From NCBI GenBank assembly GCA_963719515.1, contig CAVRCJ010000014.1:96001-160000 (forward strand): a DNA stretch of 64,000 bases, in the 5' to 3' direction. The stretch's first letter is position 1. Every line of letters begins with the position of its first letter. The notes beneath the pieces were generated by a model that did no database searches, was not told where the DNA came from, and was given only the letters and a program-made list of their open reading frames with translations. Below are positions 21,389 to 30,995 of this stretch, one piece after another. The position numbers and the translations under genes are program-made. The stretch is from an uncultured cyanobacterium. GTDB taxonomy: Bacteria; Cyanobacteriota; Cyanobacteriia; CAKZMO01.

Positions 21389-21889
21389 ATGCGCCCACGT
21401 TACGCCATCACTCTCAAAAAAGCGGTCTGGCTTGCTGGCGGTGCTGCGGTGGCTGCTGCGGCGATCGCCCCTCTGAGCGGGACTATGGTGGCCCAAGAAG
21501 CCCAAAGCCGGCAGCCCATCACGCTGCTCTCCGATGTTCAAGAGGCGAACGCTCAGACCGGTGTGGTCACCGCCCGGGGCAACGTGCAAATTTTCTACCC
21601 CGCCCGCGCTATGCAGGCCACCTCGGCTCAGGCCCAGTATTACAGTCGAGAGAGACGCATCGTTTTGACGGGCGATGTCTACGTGCTGCAGGACGGCAAC
21701 AGCATTCAGGGGGAGCGGATCACCTACCTTGTTGACGAGGGTCGCTTTTTGGCGCTTCCTGATGATGGAGAGCAGGTAGAATCGGTTTACCTGATTCCCA
21801 CAGAAGATGACGGCAGCGGTCCGGTGAGTGCGCCTGCCGCTGACTTTAACCCCAAGCCGGAATTTAAGGAGCCTGTCAGCACGCCCTAA
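21389..21889 (+). CDS. lptA: LptA/OstA family protein
   Basis: Signal peptide, TARGNV and LTGDVYVLQ; immediately upstream of lptB. Confidence 0.8.
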   Translation: MRPRYAITLKKAVWLAGGAAVAAAAIAPLSGTMVAQEAQSRQPITLLSDVQEANAQTGVVTARGNVQIFYPARAMQATSAQAQYYSRERRIVLTGDVYVLQDGNSIQGERITYLVDEGRFLALPDDGEQVESVYLIPTEDDGSGPVSAPAADFNPKPEFKEPVSTP

Positions 21890-21994
21890 GGTGGGCAGCG
21901 TTCCCGGTTTTGGTAGGATGAGTAACAGACTTATTTTATACCCTAGATAGATACAAAATAAGCGATCCGCCCCTGCTCCTGGGAGAGAACCGGT

Positions 21995-22723
21995 GTGAAA
22001 CTTAGGCTCGAAAATATCCGCAAGTCTTACGGTAAGCGACTTGTTGTCAACCGAGTTAACCTCTCGGTTTCGCAAGGAGAGGTGGTGGGCCTTTTGGGGC
22101 CAAACGGAGCGGGCAAGACGACTACCTTTTATATTGCAACGGGATTAGAGCAGCCCAACAGCGGCAAAGTTTGGCTCGATGAAGTGGAAATCACTGACTT
22201 GCCCATTCACCAGCGGGCGCGACTTGGCGTGGGCTATTTAGCCCAAGAGCCCAGCGTATTTAGGCATCTGAGCGTCACGGATAATATTCTACTGGTGCTT
22301 CAGCAGGCGGGGGTTTCGGCTTCTGAGCGAGGTAAGCGGCTGCAGCATCTGCTTCAAGAGTTTCGCTTAGAGACCGTTGCCCGAACCCCCGGAGGGCAAA
22401 TCTCTGGAGGAGAGCGCCGCCGCACCGAGCTGGCCCGAGCCCTAGCCGCCGGACCGAATGGCCCTAGCTTTCTGCTGCTGGACGAGCCGTTTACCGGCGT
22501 CGATCCCATTGCGGTAGGCGAGATTCAAGGCATTCTTTCGCAGCTGTGCAGTCAGGGGGTTGGCGTTTTGATTACGGACCACAACGTCCGGGAAACTTTA
22601 GCCATTACCGACAGAGCCTACATCATGCGGGAAGGCGAGACGCTAGCGGGGGGAAGCGCGGAGGAGCTTTACAGTAATCCCCTAGTTCGAAAATATTATT
22701 TGGGGGACAGCTTTCAACCCTAG
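21995..22723 (+). CDS. lptB: LPS export ABC ATPase LptB
   Basis: GPNGAGKTTTF, SGGERRR and ITDHNVRETL motifs. Confidence 0.93.
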   Translation: MKLRLENIRKSYGKRLVVNRVNLSVSQGEVVGLLGPNGAGKTTTFYIATGLEQPNSGKVWLDEVEITDLPIHQRARLGVGYLAQEPSVFRHLSVTDNILLVLQQAGVSASERGKRLQHLLQEFRLETVARTPGGQISGGERRRTELARALAAGPNGPSFLLLDEPFTGVDPIAVGEIQGILSQLCSQGVGVLITDHNVRETLAITDRAYIMREGETLAGGSAEELYSNPLVRKYYLGDSFQP

Positions 22724-22840
22724 CGATCGCGGTCTGAGCTATTATCGATTCGGCTAGCCGTTTGTCTAGCTTTCAGCTTACGGACGCCACAGCTACTCCT
22801 TCGACCTGCCCTTACTCACCTCGACTATCCATCGCAACCC

Positions 22841-24025
22841 ATGGCCTCAGGCGTCTCTCCCTCCCCGGTAAACAGCGCTGGCGATCGCCAGTGGCAGTTC
22901 GGTCCCGCTGTCATCGACCGCTACATCTTCGCCGAGCTGATTTTCCCATTCTTGTTTGGGGTAGGGGCATTTTCGTCCCTGGGCGTGTCGGTAGGGGCGC
23001 TGTTTGACCTAATCCGCCGTGTGTCTGAATACAATTTGCCGCTCACCGGTGCGTTTGAGATTGTGCTGCTCAAGCTGCCAGAGTTTATCTCGTATTCCTT
23101 TCCCATGTCGATTTTGCTGGCAACGCTGATGACCTACAGCCGCCTTTCCAGCGATAGCGAGCTGATCGCCATGAAGAGCTGTGGGATCAGCATCTATCGC
23201 ATCCTTGTGCCTGCGATTGTTCTTAGCCTGCTGGTCACCGGTTTGAATTTTGCCTTCAATGAGGTGATTGTCCCAGCGAGCAACTACCGGGCCTCGACGC
23301 GCCTAGAGCAGATTACGGGGGAAGAGCGCTGGGCGGCGTTTCAGGAGGAAAACATCCTCTACCAGGAATACCAAGACATTATTGGGGATGGCAAAGACGA
23401 AGTCTTGACTCGGCTGTTCTATGCCCGCCGCTTCGACGGCAATCAAATGTATGGGCTGACGGTTTTAGATTTTACTCAAGAGCGTCTCAACCAGGTGATT
23501 AGCGCTAAGTCTGCGGTGTGGAATCGCCCTCAGCAGACCTGGGACTTTTTTGAGGGCACTATTTACCTGATTGACGAAGACGGCTCCTACAGCAATATCC
23601 TTCGCTTTAATCAGCAGCAGATCAAGCTACCGCGAACGCCTCTCGATATCGCCTCTAACGAGCGGCGCGACCCCGACGAGATGAACCTACAGGAATCCTG
23701 GGAGCAGGTAGAGCTGCTCAAACAGAAGGGGAGTCAAGTTCGCATTCGTCGCCTGCTGATTCGCATTCACGAAAAGTATGCGCTTCCCTTCGCCTGTCTA
23801 ATATTTGGGGTGGTGGGGGCAGCTTTGGGCAGCCGCCTCAGCCGCACAGGGCGAGGCGTGAGCTTCGCCATCAGCATCGTGATTATCTTCGGCTACTATC
23901 TGATCTATTCTGTCTGTAGCGCCATGACCTATGCCGACGTCTTTTCCCCCGTCGTGGGCGCGTGGCTTCCCAATCTGCTGGGATTTGCCGTGGCGGGCTT
24001 TTTTATGATGCGGGCCGCAAGGTAG
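22841..24025 (+). CDS. LptF/LptG family permease
   Basis: IDRYIFAEL and RLSSDSELIAMKSCG motifs; multiple transmembrane segments. Confidence 0.9.
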   Translation: MASGVSPSPVNSAGDRQWQFGPAVIDRYIFAELIFPFLFGVGAFSSLGVSVGALFDLIRRVSEYNLPLTGAFEIVLLKLPEFISYSFPMSILLATLMTYSRLSSDSELIAMKSCGISIYRILVPAIVLSLLVTGLNFAFNEVIVPASNYRASTRLEQITGEERWAAFQEENILYQEYQDIIGDGKDEVLTRLFYARRFDGNQMYGLTVLDFTQERLNQVISAKSAVWNRPQQTWDFFEGTIYLIDEDGSYSNILRFNQQQIKLPRTPLDIASNERRDPDEMNLQESWEQVELLKQKGSQVRIRRLLIRIHEKYALPFACLIFGVVGAALGSRLSRTGRGVSFAISIVIIFGYYLIYSVCSAMTYADVFSPVVGAWLPNLLGFAVAGFFMMRAAR

Positions 24026-24135
24026 ACAAAAATATACCGCTAGCTCAAGTCGCGAAACGCTTAGAGCTAGCGGCACGTCTTAATTCTTAAGTCGGACGAC
24101 ATTACAAGCCGAATGAGGCTGCAAGCCGAGCAACG

Positions 24136-24627
24136 TTACGAAGCCGGAACAACCTGAACCACAAGCGCCCGCCGGTCAAAAGACTGCACCTTGCCCGCTT
24201 CTTTGAGATCTTCGATGACCCGCTCAAGCAGCTGAGCCGCGCGATCGCGGTGCTGGTGCTCTCGTCCCCGCAGGCGTACTTGAAATTTGACCGAGTCGCC
24301 CTTTTGCAGCCACTCTGTAGCGCGGTCAATGCGAATGCCGTAATCTGAATCGCCCACGTTGGGGCGCAGCTTCACTTCTTTCATCGAAGTTCGGCCAGTG
24401 CTTTGCTTTTGCCGCTTCTTTTGCTGATATTGATGCTTGCCGTAGTCTAGAATTTTGACCACGGGCGTGGCTTTCCCGTCCGAGACGACGACGAGGTCAA
24501 GCCCTGCTTCCTGGGCAATATCCAACGCCTCTCGGGTCTGCGTCATTCCACGGTTAGTGCCTTCGTGGTCAATTAGCAAAACCTGTGGAGCTTTAATGTT
24601 TTGGTTGATCAGTGCTTTCTTAGCGAT
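24136..24627 (-). CDS. infC: Translation initiation factor IF-3 with non-canonical ATC start
   Basis: INQNIK..VLLID..G, LDLVVV, KILDYGK, KEVKLRP and RGRE motifs; AAAGGAG RBS upstream of the in-frame ATC at 24627. Confidence 0.88.
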   Translation of the reverse strand: MAKKALINQNIKAPQVLLIDHEGTNRGMTQTREALDIAQEAGLDLVVVSDGKATPVVKILDYGKHQYQQKKRQKQSTGRTSMKEVKLRPNVGDSDYGIRIDRATEWLQKGDSVKFQVRLRGREHQHRDRAAQLLERVIEDLKEAGKVQSFDRRALVVQVVPAS

Positions 24628-24854
24628 AAGACCAGTCTCCTTTGAAAATTTGCGTCAAGTGCGTCAAGTCGACTCTAGATGCTAGCACATCTATTAAGAT
24701 GACTCTCTATAAGAATAACGCAAATCGCTTTGCCCCTGGATCTAACTCAGGTCGGATTGCCGATCAGCGCGAATCACGAGACCACTATTGCCTAAAATCC
24801 CTGAGGGCTAGTAGTATAATGGACTGTGCGAAAAAGATACCCACGCCTATTGTC

Positions 24855-25052
24855 ATGCCTAAGCTAAAAACCCGGAAAGCTGCTGCAAAGCGATTTCGCC
24901 GCAGCGGTAGCGGTAAAATCATGCGCCGTAAAGCGTTCCGTAACCATCTCCTAGAGCACAAAACCACCGACACCAAGCGTAAGCTCGGTCAGTTGGGTCA
25001 GGTTCATGAGACCGACGCTGACAACGTAGAGCTGATGCTTCCCTATTTGTAA
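24855..25052 (+). CDS. rpmI: 50S ribosomal protein L35
   Basis: [14 protein letters not shown]...HLLEHK. Confidence 0.97.
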   Translation: MPKLKTRKAAAKRFRRSGSGKIMRRKAFRNHLLEHKTTDTKRKLGQLGQVHETDADNVELMLPYL

Positions 25053-25193
25053 AGCGCCCTTTTAGAGCTTGACGGATGTCCTCAGGGTCGATCTACTGAA
25101 TCAAGAAGTCGCCGTCCAAAGCGTCGCCGTCCGACAATCCTTTTGACGTGACGCCGCTAACTGAAACCCCCCGCCCATTAGGAGAAATTAAAC

Positions 25194-25550
25194 ATGCCAC
25201 GTGTAAAGCGCGGTAACGTCGCCCGCAAACGCCGCAAAAAGGTTCTTAAGCTTGCCAAAGGCTTTCGAGGCTCCCATTCAAAGCTGTTTCGCACCGCAAA
25301 CCAGCAGGTGATGAAAGCGCTGCGATACGCCTACCGCGATCGCCGCAACCGGAAGCGCGACTTCCGCCGCCTTTGGATTGCCCGCATCAATGCGGCGGCC
25401 CGGATGCAGGACATCAGCTACAGCCAGCTGCTGGGTAGCCTCAAAAAGGCGGACGTGCAGATCAACCGCAAAATGCTCGCCCAGATGGCGATCCTTGACC
25501 CCGACGGCTTCACGAAGGTGGTTGAAGTGGCCAAGGCGAGTCAAGCTTAG
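25194..25550 (+). CDS. rplT: 50S ribosomal protein L20
   Basis: MPRVKRG...[13 protein letters not shown]. Confidence 0.98.
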   Translation: MPRVKRGNVARKRRKKVLKLAKGFRGSHSKLFRTANQQVMKALRYAYRDRRNRKRDFRRLWIARINAAARMQDISYSQLLGSLKKADVQINRKMLAQMAILDPDGFTKVVEVAKASQA

Positions 25551-25594
25551 CTCGATTTATTCGAATTGACGCTGCTCAATAAGGCAAAGGCTGT

Positions 25595-26470
25595 ATGGGG
25601 TTAGTCGCCAAGGCTAGCGCTGCGCTAGGGGTTTTCGGTTGGCTCGGGGTTCTCTTGGGAACGCCCCTGACCTCCTCAGCCGCCGAGCTTGATACCATTC
25701 GAGAGCGCGGACATCTCGTTGTGGCCGTCAAAGCTAACCTGCCGCCCCTCGGCTTTGAGGGGGCGGACGGACGCCTTCAGGGTCTCGAGGTCGATATTGC
25801 GCGTCGACTAGCGGCGGAGCTTCTCGGTGATGCGACGGCGGTGGAGCTTGTGCCGGTGATGAATGCCGAGCGGATTTCCTTTCTTTTGGGCGATCGCGTG
25901 GATGTGGTTGTAGCTCAACTGGGCGTCACCGAACGGCGATCGCGACTGGTGAACTTCAGCCGCCCCTACTATTACGACGGTACGGCGCTAATTACGCGGC
26001 GACGAGACCTGCAGACATTCATAGACATCAAGACTGGGCCAGTGGCCGTACTGAGGGGAGCGAGCACAATTGACGCTCTCCGCTGGCATTTGGCCGGGGT
26101 TGAGCTACTGGGCGTCGGCTCCTACCAAGAGGCTTTTGCCCTACTGGAGTCGGGAGATGCGGTCGCTTTTGGCGGCGACGCCAGCGTTCTGACCGGCTGG
26201 CAGCAGGAGCACCCAGACTATCGACTGCTTCCGACCCTGCTCTCTGCTGAGGCGCTGGCGGTGGCCATGCCGAGAGGTCTGCAGTATCAAGCGCTCCACC
26301 AGCAGGTGGATGAGGCCATTGAGGACTGGACGGCCACCGGATGGCTGGGCGATCGCATTCGCTACTGGGGGCTCCCCTTCGATACGTTGGGGGAAACCCT
26401 CGAGCAGCTCCAGCTCCCTTTTGACGTCTCCCCTGCCGAAAACCTTAACGAATCTGGATCTCCGCAGTGA
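25595..26470 (+). CDS. Amino-acid ABC transporter substrate-binding protein
   Basis: IRERGHLVVAVK, GLEVDIA and FSRPYY motifs. Confidence 0.85.
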   Translation: MGLVAKASAALGVFGWLGVLLGTPLTSSAAELDTIRERGHLVVAVKANLPPLGFEGADGRLQGLEVDIARRLAAELLGDATAVELVPVMNAERISFLLGDRVDVVVAQLGVTERRSRLVNFSRPYYYDGTALITRRRDLQTFIDIKTGPVAVLRGASTIDALRWHLAGVELLGVGSYQEAFALLESGDAVAFGGDASVLTGWQQEHPDYRLLPTLLSAEALAVAMPRGLQYQALHQQVDEAIEDWTATGWLGDRIRYWGLPFDTLGETLEQLQLPFDVSPAENLNESGSPQ

Positions 26471-26530
26471 GGTTCAAGGGTTTCAGGTAAGCTGGAAAAG
26501 CGATCGTTACGAAGGTGGCTTGGCCAGGTT

Positions 26531-27061
26531 ATGGACGTTGATCTTCCAATTATTTATCTACTAGTGCTGGTGGGTCTGCTGGTGACAGCAGGCATACTTT
26601 TGTTTCGGCAGGTGCTTAAGACCCGCCGCGTGGAGTCTACGCTGTCTCGGCTAGAGAACAAGCTAACGAAAGAGAAAGGGACGGCTCAGGACTACTACGA
26701 ACTGGGCACCATCTATTTAGATAAGCGCCTCTACACCCAGTCCGTGACGCTGCTGAAAAAGGCCCTAAAGGCTAAGGATTTAGAAGGGGCAGAAAACAAG
26801 GCGCTGATTCAAAACGCCCTGGGCTTCACCTACGCGGCTCAAGAGCAGTATGACTTAGCCATCCGGCAGTACAAAGAATCGCTAGAAGGCATGCCAGAGT
26901 ACCCAACGGCGCTCAATAACTTAGGGTTTGCCTACGAGAAAAAGCAGCTCACAGCGCAGGCTTTGGAGGCCTATGAACAGGCACTGGCGCTTGACCCCAA
27001 GAATACCACCGCCAAGCGTCGTGCTGACTCGCTGCGCAAGCGACTTGTGCCCTCCAATTAG
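26531..27061 (+). CDS. ycf37: Ycf37-like TPR protein (PSI assembly)
   Basis: N-terminal transmembrane helix, TPRs, ALNNLGFAYEKK. Confidence 0.75.
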   Translation: MDVDLPIIYLLVLVGLLVTAGILLFRQVLKTRRVESTLSRLENKLTKEKGTAQDYYELGTIYLDKRLYTQSVTLLKKALKAKDLEGAENKALIQNALGFTYAAQEQYDLAIRQYKESLEGMPEYPTALNNLGFAYEKKQLTAQALEAYEQALALDPKNTTAKRRADSLRKRLVPSN

Positions 27062-27097
27062 CGCCTGCTTTCCTCACCTTAAAATTCAACACAAGCC

Positions 27098-29683
27098 ATG
27101 GGATACCATTTTCGCCTCGACGATCGTCGTTCCTTTGCGCTGCCTGGCGCTCAACCCCACTACACCCCCGACCGCCCCGGTCAGGTCAACCACATTAGCT
27201 TAGATATCGTCCTCGATATTCCCCATCGGCGCTACAGCGGGCGCTGTACGATTTTGCTGAAGCCCATGCGCGATGATGTTAAGCAGTTAACCCTCGATGC
27301 GGTTAATCTCACCATCAATGAGGTGACCGTCGATGGGGCGACGCAGCCTTTTGACTACGACGGCGAGCAGCTGCAGATTCACCTGTCCCAAGCGCCCCAA
27401 ATCGATTCTCCAATTGCGGTGGCGATTGCCTACCAAGTCGAGCAGCCCCAGCGCGGTCTTTACTTTATTGGTCCTAGCGATCACTACCCCGATAAGCCAG
27501 TGCAGGTGTGGACCCAGGGAGAAGACGAGGACTCTCGCTTTTGGTTTCCCTGCTTCGACTATCCCGGCCAGCTGGCCTCCTCCGAAATTCGCGTCCGCGT
27601 GCCCAGCGACCTGATGGCGGTGTCTAATGGGCGGCTGGTGTCTGTGGAGAGCGAGGGAGACCACAAGATTTATCACTGGCGGCAGGATGAGGTTCACCCC
27701 ACCTACCTGATGACTTTGGCAGTGGGAGACTTTGCCGAGCTACAGGACCAGTGGCAGGGTAAACCCATCACCTACTACGTCGAAAAGGGCCGTGAGGCGG
27801 ACGCCCGTCGCACGATGGGAAAAACCCCTGCAATGGTCGACTTCCTTAGCCGCGCCTACGGCTATCCCTATCCTTACCCTAAGTACGCCCAGGTCTGCGT
27901 CGATGACTTCATCTTTGGCGGTATGGAGAATACCTCTACCACCCTGCTGACGGATCGCTGCCTCTTAGACGAGCGGGCGGCGATAGATAATCGCAACGCC
28001 GAAAGCCTGGTGGTTCACGAGCTGGCTCACCAGTGGTTTGGGGATTTAGTGGTAATTAAGCATTGGTCACACGCCTGGATTAAGGAGGGCATGGCCTCTT
28101 ATTCGGAGGTGATGTGGACCGAGCAGGAATATGGAAAAGACGAGGCGGTCTACTATCGGCTTAATGAGGCTCGAAGCTACATCGAGGAAGATAGCTCTCG
28201 CTACCGTCGCCCTATGGTCACCCACGTTTATCGGGAAGCCATTGAGCTATATGACTCCCACATCTACGAAAAGGGAGCTTGCGTCTACCACATGATTCGC
28301 GCTGAGCTTGGGAATGCTTTGTTCGAACGGGCGATGCATCAATTTGTGCAGGACAACGCCCACCGCACCGTCGAAACGGTGGATCTGCTGCGGGCAATTG
28401 ACAAAGCTACGGGGCGAAACCTGCAGTTTTTGTTTGACCAATACGTCTTCCGCGGCGGCTATCCCCAGTTCAAGGTGTCCTACAGCTGGGACAATGACGC
28501 CCAGCTGGCCAAGCTGACGGTGGCTCAAACCCAAGTGAAGCCCGGCGTGACTGACCCCGCTGAGCTGTTTGACCTCAAGATTCCCGTGGGCTTTGCGACC
28601 CTGTCGGATGACGGTGAGGTTGAGCTGACGACGGTGAAGGTGCGCATCAATCAGCAAGAGCAAACCTTCTACTTCCCGCTACCCGCAAAGCCTGCTTTTA
28701 TCAGCTTTGACCAGGGCAACTGTTACCTGAAGACGGTGTCCCTAGAAATGCCTCTGGCGGAGTTAACAGCCCAGCTTGCTCACGATCCGGACCCCCTGTC
28801 GCGAATTCACGCAGCGGCGGCGATCGCTAAGAAAGGCGGCCTAGAGGCGGTTCATGCCTTATCCAAAGCGCTAAAAGACGATACCTTTTGGGGCGTGCGC
28901 GCCGAGGTGGCAAAGCAGCTTGCTAAGGTGAAGTTGGACCAGGCGACAGAGGTACTGCTCAGTGGGCTAGACGATGCCAATCCCCGCGTGCGCAAAGCGG
29001 TGGTTCAGGCTTTGGCGAAGGCGAAAACAAAGCCGGTTTACAAAGCTCTGAGGGCGATCGCACAAGATGGCGACGAGAGCTACTACGTTGAGGCAGCGGC
29101 AATTCAGGGACTAGCAAACGTAGTCACCGGTAGTGACTTAGCGATCAAGCAAGACAAAGTCATTAAGCTGCTGGCCAGCATCCTGGAGAAGCGGGCGGGC
29201 TGGAACGAGGTACTGCGCGCGGGGGCAATTGCGGGGTTGAGCAAGCTGTCTCCTGCTCCAGAAGCGCTCCAGCTCATCTTAGACCATACGGCGCTAGGCA
29301 CCCCGCAGCCGCTGCGGCTTGCGTCCATCCGTGCCTTAGGCCAAGTTTCGATCGGACAAGATAAGCCAGCGCTAGAGCGCATCTTAAACCATCTTGACGA
29401 ACTCTCTCGCGAAACTTTCTTCTTGACGCAGGTTGCCGTTGTGGCGGCCCTCGGAAAAATGGAAACACCAAAAGCGATCGCCGTCCTGGAATCTTTGGCC
29501 TCTCAGTCCAGCGATGGGCGGGTGCGGCGGCGCGCCGAGGAGGCCATCGAGAAAGTTCGTAAAGTGACTCGGCCCGATGAGGCGGTCAAGCAGCTGCGCA
29601 AAGAGATGGACCAGATGAAGCAGACCAATCAGGAGTTACGCAGTCGCCTAGAAGAGCTTGAGGCTAAGCTCAAGCCATCGTAG
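27098..29683 (+). CDS. M1 family aminopeptidase with HEAT repeats
   Basis: GGMEN and HELAHQWFG..E zinc motif; C-terminal HEAT repeats and coiled coil. Confidence 0.93.
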   Translation: MGYHFRLDDRRSFALPGAQPHYTPDRPGQVNHISLDIVLDIPHRRYSGRCTILLKPMRDDVKQLTLDAVNLTINEVTVDGATQPFDYDGEQLQIHLSQAPQIDSPIAVAIAYQVEQPQRGLYFIGPSDHYPDKPVQVWTQGEDEDSRFWFPCFDYPGQLASSEIRVRVPSDLMAVSNGRLVSVESEGDHKIYHWRQDEVHPTYLMTLAVGDFAELQDQWQGKPITYYVEKGREADARRTMGKTPAMVDFLSRAYGYPYPYPKYAQVCVDDFIFGGMENTSTTLLTDRCLLDERAAIDNRNAESLVVHELAHQWFGDLVVIKHWSHAWIKEGMASYSEVMWTEQEYGKDEAVYYRLNEARSYIEEDSSRYRRPMVTHVYREAIELYDSHIYEKGACVYHMIRAELGNALFERAMHQFVQDNAHRTVETVDLLRAIDKATGRNLQFLFDQYVFRGGYPQFKVSYSWDNDAQLAKLTVAQTQVKPGVTDPAELFDLKIPVGFATLSDDGEVELTTVKVRINQQEQTFYFPLPAKPAFISFDQGNCYLKTVSLEMPLAELTAQLAHDPDPLSRIHAAAAIAKKGGLEAVHALSKALKDDTFWGVRAEVAKQLAKVKLDQATEVLLSGLDDANPRVRKAVVQALAKAKTKPVYKALRAIAQDGDESYYVEAAAIQGLANVVTGSDLAIKQDKVIKLLASILEKRAGWNEVLRAGAIAGLSKLSPAPEALQLILDHTALGTPQPLRLASIRALGQVSIGQDKPALERILNHLDELSRETFFLTQVAVVAALGKMETPKAIAVLESLASQSSDGRVRRRAEEAIEKVRKVTRPDEAVKQLRKEMDQMKQTNQELRSRLEELEAKLKPS

Positions 29684-29698
29684 CCTACCTCCCAAAAC

Positions 29699-29739
29699 CT
29701 ACAGCGGCTGAGGAAACACATGCTCCTCAGCCGCTGTAG
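29699..29739. terminator. Hairpin between convergent genes, likely a bidirectional terminator
   Basis: CTACAGCGGCTGAGGA / TCCTCAGCCGCTGTAG, 16-bp stem. Confidence 0.7.
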
Positions 29740-29790
29740 TATCGTACGGGCTCAAATAAGTTGGGAAGGCTTAACTTACCAATCCGTGAC

Positions 29791-30807
29791 TTACCACAGG
29801 CCGCGGACGGGCTGAGTCGTCGCTGCAGGCTGAGTCGTAGTCACTGTGGGTTGAGTTGTGGTCGTGGTCGTGGTCGTGGTCGACTCCATTTCCATCTCAG
29901 ACTCCATTCCCATGTCGGAGTCCATCTCCATCTCAGACTCCATTTCCATGTCGGAGTCCATTTCCGAGTCCATTTCGGAGCCCATTTCCATTTCCGAGTC
30001 CATGTCGGAGTCCATTTCCGAGTCCATTCCCATGTCGGAGTCCATGTCGGAGTCCATTCCCATGTCGGAGTCCATCTCAGACTCTCCCTGTGCCTCCAGT
30101 TCATTCTGCGTACTTGGACCGTCCGTCATCTCGGTCTCCGTCGGCTCGTCGAGCTCAGATTCTCCGTCAGACTCCATCTCAGACATCGTTATGCCCGGAT
30201 TGACGGACATCATCATGCCATCGTCGGCCATGATGGCGACTATAGTGTCATCTGAAATCAGCAGCGAGATATCATCGCCGGGGTTCAAGCTCAGGCCAGC
30301 AATCTCTGACGAGCCGACGTTGATCACCTCTAAGCCGCTGGTGTCCTCACGGTCAACGCGAATCGTGCCAAAGTCAGGATCAATCTCGCGCACGGTAGCG
30401 GATACAAACATAGACATGGGCGCTGCAGTCGGCTCACCGATGGGTCCAGTGTTGACCGCCATCATCATACCGCTCTCGCTCTCGGAGATAGCGATAACGT
30501 TGCCGTCGCGGATGACAAGGTCAACCATATCCCCTTCTTTCAAGGTGGCAACGTCTTCTTGGCCCACATAGATAACTTCTAGCGTCCCGGTGTCTTCGCG
30601 GTCGACGCGAATCTCGCCAAAGTCCTCATCCACGTTCCGAACTGTACCAGAGACGGTCATAGCCATCATGCCCATCTCTTCAGAAGTCTGAGCCATGAGT
30701 GACGGTGCTGTACCCTCGACACTAATAACCTCTTGCGCGAAAGCAGGCGCAGCAATAAACGAAGCCGCTGCCGTAGAGGCAAGTAGGACAGAACGTAAAG
30801 ATACCAT
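29791..30807 (-). CDS. Secreted acidic Met-rich repeat protein ending PVRGLW
   Basis: RBS TAGGAG, signal peptide AFA-Q, two homologous beta domains, (M-D/E-S-D/E)n tract, poly-Thr. Confidence 0.8.
   Translation of the reverse strand: MVSLRSVLLASTAAASFIAAPAFAQEVISVEGTAPSLMAQTSEEMGMMAMTVSGTVRNVDEDFGEIRVDREDTGTLEVIYVGQEDVATLKEGDMVDLVIRDGNVIAISESESGMMMAVNTGPIGEPTAAPMSMFVSATVREIDPDFGTIRVDREDTSGLEVINVGSSEIAGLSLNPGDDISLLISDDTIVAIMADDGMMMSVNPGITMSEMESDGESELDEPTETEMTDGPSTQNELEAQGESEMDSDMGMDSDMDSDMGMDSEMDSDMDSEMEMGSEMDSEMDSDMEMESEMEMDSDMGMESEMEMESTTTTTTTTTQPTVTTTQPAATTQPVRGLW
29883..30085. repeat. Degenerate 6/12-bp coding tandem repeats (e.g. TCCATGTCGGAG)
   Basis: Directly visible; encodes the MDSE/MDSD tract. 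Confidence 0.85.
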
Positions 30808-30995
30808 GTAAATACTCCTATAATCTCTGGATATCAACCGGGTGCATCTCCTAGCTAAAGTTTGGAAACCACTCCTCTTACATCACTGCACTATATATTT
30901 TCAATTCTTAATCCTGCGTATACCCCAGGTTAGAAGCTGCGAGCAGGAGCCTCGATCTATAATTAAAGACTATACTTTTGCCAAAAGAGATTAAC

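Noticed and set aside
25053..25193. GTCGCCGTCC duplicated in the rpmI-rplT spacer, possible L20 regulatory element
   Set aside because: Only a 10-bp duplication with no convincing structure; known L20 leaders lie upstream of infC or rpmI
29883..30085. Possible CRISPR array
   Set aside because: Short contiguous coding repeats with no unique spacers; no cas genes in the window
29761..30571. Several low-complexity alternative-frame ORFs (His-rich, WTPT, SPFP, SISE)
   Set aside because: Shadows of the tandem repeat in the real minus-strand gene, which has an RBS and a signal peptide
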